From the NCBI GenBank assembly GCA_965205505.1, contig CBDBHB010000009.1:512001-576000 (forward strand): DNA of 64,000 nt, given 5' to 3'. The first letter of the stretch is position 1. Each line of letters starts with the position of its first letter. The position numbers and the translations under genes were made by a program. The DNA comes from Acidobacteriota bacterium (GTDB lineage Bacteria > Acidobacteriota > UBA890 > WLXD01). Below, piece by piece: positions 1 to 8,656 of the stretch. The notes below the pieces were generated by a model. The model saw only the letters and a program-made list of their open reading frames with translations, made no database searches and had not been told where the DNA came from.

Positions 1-4
1 CACT

Positions 5-1855
5 GTGCTGATGCTGGTCATGCTGGCGCCGGGCGCACCCTCCGCCGCGCCGGAGCAATCGCACTCGCAGTGGGTGCGAGAGCACTATTCCAAGACCGAG
101 CTCATGGTTCCCATGCGTGACGGGATCCGCTTATACACCGTTGTCTATGCTCCGCGAGACAGGTCACAGGAAGTCCCTATCCTGCTTCTGAGGACGCCGT
201 ACTCTGCCGGACCGTACGGGCCCGACAGCTACCGCGCCTTGCTGGGCCCCTCGGCGCAGTTCGACCGTGCCGGCTACGTGTTCGTGTTCCAAGACGTGCG
301 CGGCAAGTTCCGTTCCGAGGGGGAGTTCGAGGTGATCCGGCCGCTTGCGTCACGCCCGCTCGGTCGCCTGGACACCGACGAGAGCACCGATAACTACGAC
401 ACCATCGAGTGGCTGCTGCGCAACCTCGGCGGGCACAATGGGCGCGTTGGCCAGTGGGGCATCTCTTACCCGGGCTGGCAGACTGTCTTGGGTCTGGTGG
501 AGCATCACCCGGCACTGCGTGCCGCCTCTCCCCAAGCATCGCCGGCCGACATGTTCATCGGCGACGATTGGCACCATAACGGTGCCTTCCGCATCATGTA
601 TGCCTTCTCGTGGCTGGCCGGCAACGCACGTCGTCGTGACGGGCCTACCGACCAGCGTCCCGAAGCCTTCGACTACGGCACTCCGTGGGGGTACGAGTTC
701 TTCTTGCGAGCCGGATCGGCGGCCAATATCGACGAGATGTTCTTCGGAGGCGATGTCCCAGCGTGGCGTGACTTCATGCGACATCCTGACTACGACGAGT
801 ATTGGCAACGTCAGAACGTCTTGGCCGACCTGCGCAATATCGACCTGCCGGTGCTGAACGTTGCCGGCTGGTTCGACACCGAAGACTTCTACGGTCCGAT
901 GGCCACCTATCGCGCCATAGAGATGGCCAATCCGGGGATCGAAAACACCCTCGTTGTGGGGCCTTGGCTACACGGTGGCTGGCGCAGCATGGATGGCGAC
1001 CATCTCGGCTGTGTCGACTTTGGTTCCAAGACATCCCACACCTTCCAGCAGGAGATACAGCTGCCCTTCTTCGAGCATCATCTGCGCGGCGTTGGCGAGT
1101 GGGGCGCCACCGAGGCGGTGGTGTTTGTCACCGGGGCCAACGAATGGCGACGGCATCATCGTTGGCCGCCGGCCGGAATCGAGCCGCGGGCGCTGTATCT
1201 GCATGCCGGAGGGCGATTGGAGTTCCGCCCACCCGATGTTGAGGACGGAGCCGACCGCTACGTCAGCGATCCTGACAGACCGGTGCCATTCTCGACCGAG
1301 CTGCGCACCACACTAGGCCATCTATGGAAGGTCGAGGACCAGCGGTTCGCTTCCACCCGGCCCGATGTGCTGGTGTACGAATCGGACGTACTGGATGAGG
1401 ATCTCACCATTGCCGGGCCCATTCTCGCCAGCATGTTCGTTTCGACCACGGGCACCGATTCCGACTGGGTCGTGAAGCTCATCGATGTGTACCCGGGCGA
1501 CGCGCCAGACAGCAACACCTGCGATGTGCGCATGGGCGGTTACCAGATGCATCTCGCCGGCGAGGTCATGCGAGGTCGATATCGCAACGGTCTCACGAAG
1601 CCGGAAGCGATGGTGCCGGGTGAGATCACACCGATCACGATCGACCTGCGCGATCGATACCATACATTCAAGGCCGGGCATCGGTTCATGGTTCAGGTGC
1701 AGAGCTCATGGTTCCCGGCCTACGATCGGAATCCGCAGAGCTTCGTCGATATCTACCACGTCCGAGCGGAGGACTATCAGGTTGCCACGCAGGCGGTCTT
1801 TCGCTCGGCCGAGCACCCGTCGCACCTGGTTCTCGGCGTTCTCGACGCCCGATAA
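5..1855 (+). CDS. CocE/NonD family hydrolase (peptidase S15 / glutaryl-7-ACA acylase-like), secreted; start may lie before the window
   Basis: MRDGIRL, RTPY, QDVRG, nucleophile motif GISYPG, GPWLHG, C-terminal PepX_C-like FPAYDRNPQ; signal-like N-terminus. Confidence 0.92.
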   Translation: MLMLVMLAPGAPSAAPEQSHSQWVREHYSKTELMVPMRDGIRLYTVVYAPRDRSQEVPILLLRTPYSAGPYGPDSYRALLGPSAQFDRAGYVFVFQDVRGKFRSEGEFEVIRPLASRPLGRLDTDESTDNYDTIEWLLRNLGGHNGRVGQWGISYPGWQTVLGLVEHHPALRAASPQASPADMFIGDDWHHNGAFRIMYAFSWLAGNARRRDGPTDQRPEAFDYGTPWGYEFFLRAGSAANIDEMFFGGDVPAWRDFMRHPDYDEYWQRQNVLADLRNIDLPVLNVAGWFDTEDFYGPMATYRAIEMANPGIENTLVVGPWLHGGWRSMDGDHLGCVDFGSKTSHTFQQEIQLPFFEHHLRGVGEWGATEAVVFVTGANEWRRHHRWPPAGIEPRALYLHAGGRLEFRPPDVEDGADRYVSDPDRPVPFSTELRTTLGHLWKVEDQRFASTRPDVLVYESDVLDEDLTIAGPILASMFVSTTGTDSDWVVKLIDVYPGDAPDSNTCDVRMGGYQMHLAGEVMRGRYRNGLTKPEAMVPGEITPITIDLRDRYHTFKAGHRFMVQVQSSWFPAYDRNPQSFVDIYHVRAEDYQVATQAVFRSAEHPSHLVLGVLDAR

Positions 1856-1886
1856 CGGAGCAAAGCGCCGACGCCCCGTCGGGAGC

Positions 1887-1904
1887 CCTGACTCAGGACA
1901 CTAG
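1887..1904. repeat. CTAGTGTCCTGAGTCAGG repeat (family A, reverse orientation)
   Basis: Reverse complement is identical over 18 nt to 51140-51157 and shares CTAGTGTCCTG with 15420-15430. Confidence 0.7.
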
Positions 1905-1944
1905 TGAATCGAATGCGGAAAGTGGTGCAGGCTAGAATCCAACC

Positions 1945-2574
1945 ATGACCGAGCTGGTTCTGGAACGTAGCGCGCTGGTGCGGCGCGGGCTGCTGCTGAG
2001 CTGGGCGACGCTGGCGTACAACGGCATTGAGGCCGGGTTGGCGCTGGCGGCCGCCGCCATTGCAGGGTCGGTTGCCCTGGTGGGCTTCGGAGCCGACAGC
2101 ACCATCGAGGTCTCGGCGGCCGCCGTAGCCCTCTGGCGTTTGCACGCCGATGGCGACCCCGATCGCCGCGCGCACGCCGAGAGAGTCTCATTACGGCTAA
2201 TCGGTGGGAGCTTTTTGGTGCTGGCCGTCTATGTGACCGTCGAGGCGCTGCGTATGTTGTGGCTTCGCCATGCGCCGGAGCAGAGCTTGCTAGGTATCGC
2301 TGTGGCCGCCGGCTCGGTACTGGTGATGCCGCTGCTGGCGCGTGCCAAGCGCAAGGTAGCGTTGGCGATGTCCAGTAGCGCACTGCACCTCGAGGCGAAC
2401 CAGACGATGCTGTGTACGTACCTGTCGGCCATTCTCCTCGGCGGGCTGCTGTTGAACGCGCTGTTCGGCTGGTGGTGGGCAGATCCAGTGGCCGCCCTCG
2501 TGATGGCGCCAATCATCGTACGCGAGGGATGGCACGCCTTCCGCTGCCACTCGTGCCCGTGCTGTCCTCGCTAG
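1945..2574 (+). CDS. Cation diffusion facilitator-type transporter (short, transmembrane domain only)
   Basis: YNGIE, GSVALVGFGADS, WWWADPVAAL motifs; ~6 hydrophobic helices; Cys-rich tail. Confidence 0.85.
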   Translation: MTELVLERSALVRRGLLLSWATLAYNGIEAGLALAAAAIAGSVALVGFGADSTIEVSAAAVALWRLHADGDPDRRAHAERVSLRLIGGSFLVLAVYVTVEALRMLWLRHAPEQSLLGIAVAAGSVLVMPLLARAKRKVALAMSSSALHLEANQTMLCTYLSAILLGGLLLNALFGWWWADPVAALVMAPIIVREGWHAFRCHSCPCCPR

Positions 2575-3269
2575 GGGGCTCGCGCACGATCGACGTATGG
2601 TCGTTCTCCCTCGACGGAGCCCTGGCGGCGCCCGATACGCTCGACCGCGTCGAGCACGCTCGTCTGCGGCGAATGCGCTCACCGTCGAAGCGACTCGAGT
2701 TCCTCGTCGGGCGGTCAATGTTGCGGCGCATTCTCGGCGAGGTTCTCGACATCAATCCAGGCGAAGTGCAGCTTGCCTACGGGGCGCCCGGCAAGCCGCT
2801 ATTGCCCGGCGATGAGCTGACGTTCAATCTCTCGCACTCCGGACACCGCGCCCTGGTGGCCGTAGCGGCGGGTGGACGAGTGGGTGTGGACATCGAACAG
2901 CGGCAAGTGCGGCGACCGTTCCAACAGCTGTCGCGGCGCTTCTTCTCGGAGGCGGAGGATCGCTGGCTGCGCGCGCTGCCGGCGCCCGCCCGTGCCGAGG
3001 GCTTCTATCGGGCCTGGACGTTGAAAGAGTCGTACCTGAAGGCGATCGGTACGGGGCTGGCCTTCTCGTCTCGCGGCTTCACCTTGGACCTGATGTGCGC
3101 ACCGCCACGTCTGATTGCGACGGAGTACCCGGGCGACGAGCCCGCCCGGTGGCGCTTTGCCACCCCCGAGCTGTGCGGCAGCTACGCCGCCGCGCTGTGC
3201 TGGGACGGCGAGGGGCGCCGGGTCTGTCCGCACGATATTTCGGAGTTGTCCCGGCGCGGCGGCGTATGA
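2529..3269 (+). CDS. 4'-phosphopantetheinyl transferase (Sfp/HetI type); start uncertain
   Basis: GKP, FNLSHS, VGVDIE, WTLKESYLKAIGTGL motifs. Confidence 0.92.
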   Translation: MARLPLPLVPVLSSLGGSRTIDVWSFSLDGALAAPDTLDRVEHARLRRMRSPSKRLEFLVGRSMLRRILGEVLDINPGEVQLAYGAPGKPLLPGDELTFNLSHSGHRALVAVAAGGRVGVDIEQRQVRRPFQQLSRRFFSEAEDRWLRALPAPARAEGFYRAWTLKESYLKAIGTGLAFSSRGFTLDLMCAPPRLIATEYPGDEPARWRFATPELCGSYAAALCWDGEGRRVCPHDISELSRRGGV

Positions 3270-3336
3270 GGTTTGCCACCCGCTACACTTGCAAGACAAG
3301 CTGCTGGGGACACCTCGGATGGCGCAAGGAGGGGAC

Positions 3337-3918
3337 ATGAAGTGGCTCAAACCGCTGCTGTTGCTTGCCGCGCTCGGCCATATAGCGGTCGGGCTTTACT
3401 TTCTCTATGCGGTCGATGCGGTTGCGCGCCTGGTGGGGTTTGACCTGCTCAACACCGGTTCCCGCGGCGAGCTCCGCTCGATGGAAGGCGGCCTCGTAGT
3501 GGCGATCGGCGCAATGATACTGAGGGGCGCTTTCGGAGGGAGGTTCGGGCGGCAGTGGCTCTATGCCGCAGGGATTATCTATACGGGGTTGCTCGCTGGC
3601 CGCGTCGTCAGCCTCGGTATGGATGGGTTGGCCGCCCACACTGTGTTCGCCGGGCTATTCGAGGCGGCGCTGGTGGTGTTGTTCTTCTGGTCCGGAGCCG
3701 AGGTCGGTCGATCTGCAACCATCGCCGGAGATGCCCCCGAACTGGGGGGCTCCAGCGAGTCGGTTGAGACGCCGGCGACGCCCAGGTCGCTCGTACCACC
3801 GCTGCAGGCGGAGACCCTACCGGAGTCGCCGCCGATAGCGAAAGACGATGTGGCGCCGGACGTTGACGGGCAGGACGCATCGGACCGCCCGCCGGGGTCA
3901 GCTGGGAGCGGCGAGTAG
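3337..3918 (+). CDS. DUF4345-like membrane protein with acidic/Pro-rich tail
   Basis: AAGGAGG SD before ATG 3337; 4 hydrophobic segments; ELRSMEGG and GRVVSLGMDG patterns. Confidence 0.65.
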   Translation: MKWLKPLLLLAALGHIAVGLYFLYAVDAVARLVGFDLLNTGSRGELRSMEGGLVVAIGAMILRGAFGGRFGRQWLYAAGIIYTGLLAGRVVSLGMDGLAAHTVFAGLFEAALVVLFFWSGAEVGRSATIAGDAPELGGSSESVETPATPRSLVPPLQAETLPESPPIAKDDVAPDVDGQDASDRPPGSAGSGE

Positions 3919-4626
3919 TTCCGTCACGAACGTCAGAATCTGCCGCGGGTGCTCGGCGCGGTAGTGGGGTTCGGCGGACCAGTGCGAGTCGTCTGACCAA
4001 GGCCCATAGACGGCACTGATGCCGATCACCTCGACCGGAACCTTCTGGCTGGCGTAGTGGAGGTTGGTGTTGTGAACGCACTCGATATCCGATTCGTGAT
4101 CACCGACGTAGATGATGCGGCCGGGCCGAGTTCCGGTCAGCCGGTCGACGCACGCCACCAGCGCGTCCGGCTTAGGTTTTTGTCGCCCGGCATCGACGGT
4201 TTCGAACCCCATTACTTCGTCGAAGTGTGCTCTCAGCTGCAGTCGTTCGAGAAAGCGGATGATGTTTTGAGTTGCGTTGAGCGACACGATGCCGTGCGGT
4301 AGGTGCGCCAGCCCTTCCAGGACCTCGAGAATGCCGTCGTAGGAGGTCGTAGCAGTCTCGTCGGCGAGTTGCTCATCCAGCCAACTCGCCTCGGCCAGCC
4401 GGATCTGATCGTCCGTCATTTCAAGTTCCTGTCGATAGAAGTCCTTCCAATGCCGGTGCCGATGGAGGGCGCGCTCGTAGCGCTGCAGTGAGCGCAGCGC
4501 ATCAAAGACGTCGGGCGGCTCTCCCTTGATGCGCTCGACCAGCGCCCGCGTGACGTTGAAGTTCTTCTGGCGCGTGTCGACCAGCGTGCCGTCGAAATCC
4601 CAGATGACTGCCTGCACCTCGCGCAT
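3898..4626 (-). CDS. HAD family hydrolase (phosphoglycolate phosphatase-like)
   Basis: DFDGTLVD motif I, KPKPD, YVGDHESD motif IV. Confidence 0.9.
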   Translation of the reverse strand: MREVQAVIWDFDGTLVDTRQKNFNVTRALVERIKGEPPDVFDALRSLQRYERALHRHRHWKDFYRQELEMTDDQIRLAEASWLDEQLADETATTSYDGILEVLEGLAHLPHGIVSLNATQNIIRFLERLQLRAHFDEVMGFETVDAGRQKPKPDALVACVDRLTGTRPGRIIYVGDHESDIECVHNTNLHYASQKVPVEVIGISAVYGPWSDDSHWSAEPHYRAEHPRQILTFVTELLAAPS

Positions 4627-4635
4627 GCGGTGAGC

Positions 4636-4672
4636 CTAGCAGGCCGTGGTGGAAGTGTGGCGGGCCTGGTTA
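4636..4672. repeat. CTAGCAGGCCGTGGTGGAAGT palindromic repeat (family B)
   Basis: First 21 nt identical to the reverse complement of the 15391-15423 copy; similar copy at 29283. Confidence 0.65.
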
Positions 4673-4704
4673 CGGCAATACGGTCTGCCGATCGCCCGGC
4701 GCGC

Positions 4705-4744
4705 TTGACGGGAGATTGGCGTGTGTATTAAACGATGTTTAATA
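4705..4744 (+). promoter_or_regulatory. Putative promoter with palindromic PadR operator TATTAAAC-GAT-GTTTAATA
   Basis: TTGACG at 4705-4710; perfect 8-bp AT-rich inverted repeat at 4726-4744 directly upstream of padR. Confidence 0.65.
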
Positions 4745-4768
4745 AATCAGGAGACCGAAGCGATCCCA

Positions 4769-5107
4769 ATGGGCAAGAAGGGCTATCTAGGGGAGTTTGA
4801 GCACATCGTCTTGTTGGCGCTAGTGCGTCTCCACGGTGAGGCCGCTGGCCGAGCCATCTACGAGGAGATCGACCGGCTGGCCAGCACTTCGGTGGCCATC
4901 ACGGCGGTTTATGTGACCCTCTCGCGGCTCGAAAAGAAGAGCTATGTCTCCGCGAAGCTCTCCGCGCCCACCCCCGTGCGCGGCGGGCGAGCCACCAAGA
5001 ACTTTCGGATCGAGGCCGCCGGCCTGGCGGCGCTGCGGCGCTCACGCCAACAGCTCGAACGGTTCTGGGATGGGGTCGAGATCGGCTCCGAGGCCGAAGG
5101 TCGATGA
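4769..5107 (+). CDS. PadR family transcriptional regulator
   Basis: LGEFEHIVLLAL, VYVTLSRLEKK, RGGR wing; overlaps the permease start. Confidence 0.9.
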   Translation: MGKKGYLGEFEHIVLLALVRLHGEAAGRAIYEEIDRLASTSVAITAVYVTLSRLEKKSYVSAKLSAPTPVRGGRATKNFRIEAAGLAALRRSRQQLERFWDGVEIGSEAEGR

Positions 5108-7812
5108 TGCCGCCGGTGTGGGCTGGCTGCCTGAGGGTCTTATTGCCGCCGAGACTGCGCTTTGCGGTGATGCGGGATACCGGCACGACGTTCGAGAACC
5201 TCGAGGCGCGCCTCGGGCGTCGAGCAGCGCTGCGATGGCTACGCAGCCAGGTGCGTGGCGCGGTCGGGCCCTCCCTGCGATATCGGCTCGAATCGGGCGC
5301 TGCATCGATGCGGCATATCGGGTGCGCCGTAACGAGTCTCGGCGCGGATGTTCGCCAGGCGGTGCGCGGTGCAGTGCATCAGCCAGGCTTCGGCGTTGCA
5401 GTCGTGCTCACCCTCGGTCTGGGAATTGGGGGCACCGTTGCAATCTTCAGTGTTGTCGACGCGGTGTTGTTGCGCCCGCTGCCGTATCTGGACGCCGAAC
5501 GGCTTGTTCGGGTCTGGGAGTCGAACGCCACGCTCGGATTTCTCGAAGATGGCCCGTCGCCGGCCAATTTCCTCGACTGGGAAGCGCGCAACGAGGTGTT
5601 CGACGGCATTGCGGCGTGGTGGCCGGAGACCGCGATATACAAGTCCGCCAACCGCGCCGAACAGGTAGAGGTAGCTCATGTTTCTGGCGATTTCTTTCGC
5701 CTTCTAGGCACCGAGCCGCTAGTCGGTCGCCTGCTCTCGCCCGACGATGCGGTCGGCTCGTGGTACGACAACAGCGGCAATCATTACGGCGCTGAGCCGG
5801 TGATCGCGGTGAGCCACCAGTTCTGGAGCTCCCGCCTCGGGGCTGACCCGCAGACCGTCGGACGAGTCATCGAGGTGAATCGGGTGCTGTGGCGGATCAT
5901 CGGCGTGATGCCGGCGAGCTTCGCCCTACCCAGGGCGGATATCGACCTGTGGAACTCTTGGGATCTCGGGGCGCGCGCCGAATCGACGGACGGCCAGCCT
6001 TCACGTGACTCGCGGTTTCTTGGTGTGGTCGCGCGGCTTCGTGAGGGGTTGGACATGTCGGCAGCCCAACTAAGGCTGGACGGTCTTGCTGCCGCGCTCG
6101 CCACCGAATATCCGGCCACCAACGCTGGTTGGGGTATCCGCGTTACGCCGCTCATCGGTCAACTGATCGACCCGGCGCGGCGGCCGCTCGGGGTGCTGTC
6201 GGGCGCTGTCGGACTTCTTTTGTTGACGGCCTGCGCGAACGTTGCGGGATTGCTGTTGGCGCGGTCCACGGCGCGCCGCGGCGAGATCAGCGTGCGGCGC
6301 GCACTCGGCGCCACGCGGGCGCGATTGGTACGCCTGCCGGTTACCGAGAGCGTGTCGCTGGCGCTTGTTGGTGGTTTAGTCGGTATCGGCGTGGCGATCA
6401 TCGGCGTCGATGCGCTCATGGCGCTCCAGCCCGGAAACCTTCCCCTCGCTGCAGAGATCGGCATCGATCGCCGGGCGCTCGCCTTCGGGTTGGTGCTGTC
6501 GCTGGTGGCCGGGGTATTGGCGGGCGGGGTGCCGGCGTGGATAGCGTCGAGCGCTGCCGGCGTCGATCGAAGCACCCGGCGGAGCTCCGACGGCGTGCGC
6601 CGGACACGGCTGCGCGCCTCCCTGGTGGTGGCAGAGATCGCCGTAACGCTGGTGCTCCTCGTCGGCGCGCTGTTGCTCGCCCGGAGCTTCGCTCGTCTGA
6701 TGGCGGTGGATCCCGGCTTCGATCTCGACAACGTGATCGTCATACGTGTGCCGCTGGAGAGCGGTGTGGCCTCGTCTTCGGGAAACGGCCGCGTGGCGTT
6801 CTTCGAGCAGCTCACGCAACGCCTCGGCGAGATGCCCGGCGCCGAGGCGGTCGGTGCCACGACGGCACTGCCGATGAGCTCGGTCGGAGCGGACTTCGAT
6901 CGTCCGTTCTGGCGCTTCGGCGAGCCCGATCCCGGGGCGGCGGCAGCTGAGGCTTGGATTCGCATGACCACGCCCGGATACTTCCGCGCCCTGGGCCGGC
7001 CCCTGATGGCGGGGCGCGACTTCGCGGTCGACGATCGCTTTGATTTCAGCGACTCCGATTGGCGGCAGGCCGAGCGTGTCATTATCGTCAGCGCTGGCCT
7101 GGCCGCGTCGAGTTGGCCAAACGAGGATCCGCTCGGCAAGCGGCTCGAGATGAGCTATCCAGGCGGCGTCTATGCATACCGGGTCGTCGGTGTAGTAGGT
7201 GACGTTCGCCACCACGACTTGCGCCAGGGGCCACAGCCCGAGATTTTCCTTCCCTACGCCCAGAACTCCTATCCAGCGCTCAACGTGGTGTTGCGCACCC
7301 GCCCGGGTGAGGCGCCCAGTGTCGCCGGGATCGAGGCGCTGGTGACGGAGATCAATCCGGATCAACCTGTGCACAGCGTGGTGGCGATGCGCGACTTGGT
7401 CGCTGCCACGCTGGCACGGCAACGCTTTGCCGCCACGCTGCTGATCGTCTTCGCTGGCATCGCGCTGCTGTTGACGACCGTCGGGACCTACGGGCTCGTC
7501 GCCTGGTCGGTGAGCCGTCGCGTGCGTGAGCTGGGTATCCGATCGGCGCTCGGCGCACGCTCCTCGGAGGTGCGCGCGATGGTCGTCCGCGAGGGCCTGG
7601 GTCTTGGCGTGATGGGTGTGCTTGTGGGTCTCGGTACCTCGCTGTTGCTCATCCGGTCGCTAGACGGATTGCTGTACGAAGTGCGCAGTGACGACGCTGC
7701 GGCGCGCTTCATAGTGGGTGCGGGACTGCTTGTGGTCACCGCCGTCGCGAGCTACTTGCCGGCGCGGCGTGCCTCGGCGGTGGAACCGATCGAGGCCCTG
7801 CGGTCGGAGTAG
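5104..7812 (+). CDS. ADOP-type duplicated MacB/FtsX ABC permease
   Basis: TLGLGIG..AIFSVVDAVLLRPLPY, ACANVAGLLLAR, EISVRRALGA, ELGIRSALGA, PARRAS..P.EALRSE. Confidence 0.93.
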   Translation: MMPPVWAGCLRVLLPPRLRFAVMRDTGTTFENLEARLGRRAALRWLRSQVRGAVGPSLRYRLESGAASMRHIGCAVTSLGADVRQAVRGAVHQPGFGVAVVLTLGLGIGGTVAIFSVVDAVLLRPLPYLDAERLVRVWESNATLGFLEDGPSPANFLDWEARNEVFDGIAAWWPETAIYKSANRAEQVEVAHVSGDFFRLLGTEPLVGRLLSPDDAVGSWYDNSGNHYGAEPVIAVSHQFWSSRLGADPQTVGRVIEVNRVLWRIIGVMPASFALPRADIDLWNSWDLGARAESTDGQPSRDSRFLGVVARLREGLDMSAAQLRLDGLAAALATEYPATNAGWGIRVTPLIGQLIDPARRPLGVLSGAVGLLLLTACANVAGLLLARSTARRGEISVRRALGATRARLVRLPVTESVSLALVGGLVGIGVAIIGVDALMALQPGNLPLAAEIGIDRRALAFGLVLSLVAGVLAGGVPAWIASSAAGVDRSTRRSSDGVRRTRLRASLVVAEIAVTLVLLVGALLLARSFARLMAVDPGFDLDNVIVIRVPLESGVASSSGNGRVAFFEQLTQRLGEMPGAEAVGATTALPMSSVGADFDRPFWRFGEPDPGAAAAEAWIRMTTPGYFRALGRPLMAGRDFAVDDRFDFSDSDWRQAERVIIVSAGLAASSWPNEDPLGKRLEMSYPGGVYAYRVVGVVGDVRHHDLRQGPQPEIFLPYAQNSYPALNVVLRTRPGEAPSVAGIEALVTEINPDQPVHSVVAMRDLVAATLARQRFAATLLIVFAGIALLLTTVGTYGLVAWSVSRRVRELGIRSALGARSSEVRAMVVREGLGLGVMGVLVGLGTSLLLIRSLDGLLYEVRSDDAAARFIVGAGLLVVTAVASYLPARRASAVEPIEALRSE

Positions 7813-8022
7813 CATCCCGGCCGGCGTTCGACTCTCCCCTGAAACCAGCATACTGGGTGGTGTCGGCGGCGTAGCGGAACGAAACGCGGATGCCCGCCGA
7901 CACGCTTGGCACGGCGTGTGCTTTACATTCTGTGTGTTTGCCCGAGTATTGCCGGATCTCTCAGGCCTCCGGTGTCGAGTATATCGTCCGCGTTGCGGCG
8001 GCACGGGTGATCCCGGGAAGCC

Positions 8023-8613
8023 ATGATTGAATCGCTCGCACATTGGATCGAGGGTTCGGGGGCCCTCGTGTACGCGCTCGCACCGCTGTTTACCTTGCTC
8101 GTGGCAATCTTGCCGATTCCGGCCGAGATCCCCGCCCTGCTGAACGGCATGGTATTCGGCCCGCTTTGGGGCACGCTCATCACCTGGTTCTTCGCTCTTG
8201 CGGGGGCACAGATCAGCTTTGAGCTAGCCCGTCGCTTCGGACGCCCCCTGGGCGACCGGCTCGTGCCGGCAGGCGTTCTGCACCGTGCCGATCGCGCCGT
8301 GCAGTCGGCTGGCTGGCCAATGCTGTTGACCCTGCGCCTCCTCCCTACAGTTGCTTTCACCGCGGTCAACTGGGCCGCCGGGCTGACGATGGTTCCCCGG
8401 TCGACGTTCGTGTGGACCACCGCGCTAGGCATTCTCCCCGGCGCGATTGTCTTCACTCTTACTGGGACGGGGCTCGGCGCGCTACTTCGCGGCGGCTCCG
8501 CAGAGCCCATGGGCGTCTGGCTGTGGATCGCCGCCGCCATGCTGACGGTGGTACTGACGGCGTGGCTCTGGCGCCGCAGGGGGCGTTCGGATGCGGACAC
8601 GTCGTCCCGCTAG
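8023..8613 (+). CDS. TVP38/TMEM64 (DedA/VTT) family membrane protein
   Basis: LPIPAE, GMVFG, FELARRFGRP, LRLLP, NWAAGL, TALGILPG. Confidence 0.88.
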   Translation: MIESLAHWIEGSGALVYALAPLFTLLVAILPIPAEIPALLNGMVFGPLWGTLITWFFALAGAQISFELARRFGRPLGDRLVPAGVLHRADRAVQSAGWPMLLTLRLLPTVAFTAVNWAAGLTMVPRSTFVWTTALGILPGAIVFTLTGTGLGALLRGGSAEPMGVWLWIAAAMLTVVLTAWLWRRRGRSDADTSSR

Positions 8614-8656
8614 TGGAACAGTCGCGACCAAGTGCTCTTCTGTGTCGCGCGGCAGA

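Noticed and set aside
7813-8022. CTCTCAGG motif suggesting a glycine riboswitch
   Set aside because: Other conserved aptamer elements not found and the downstream gene is unrelated
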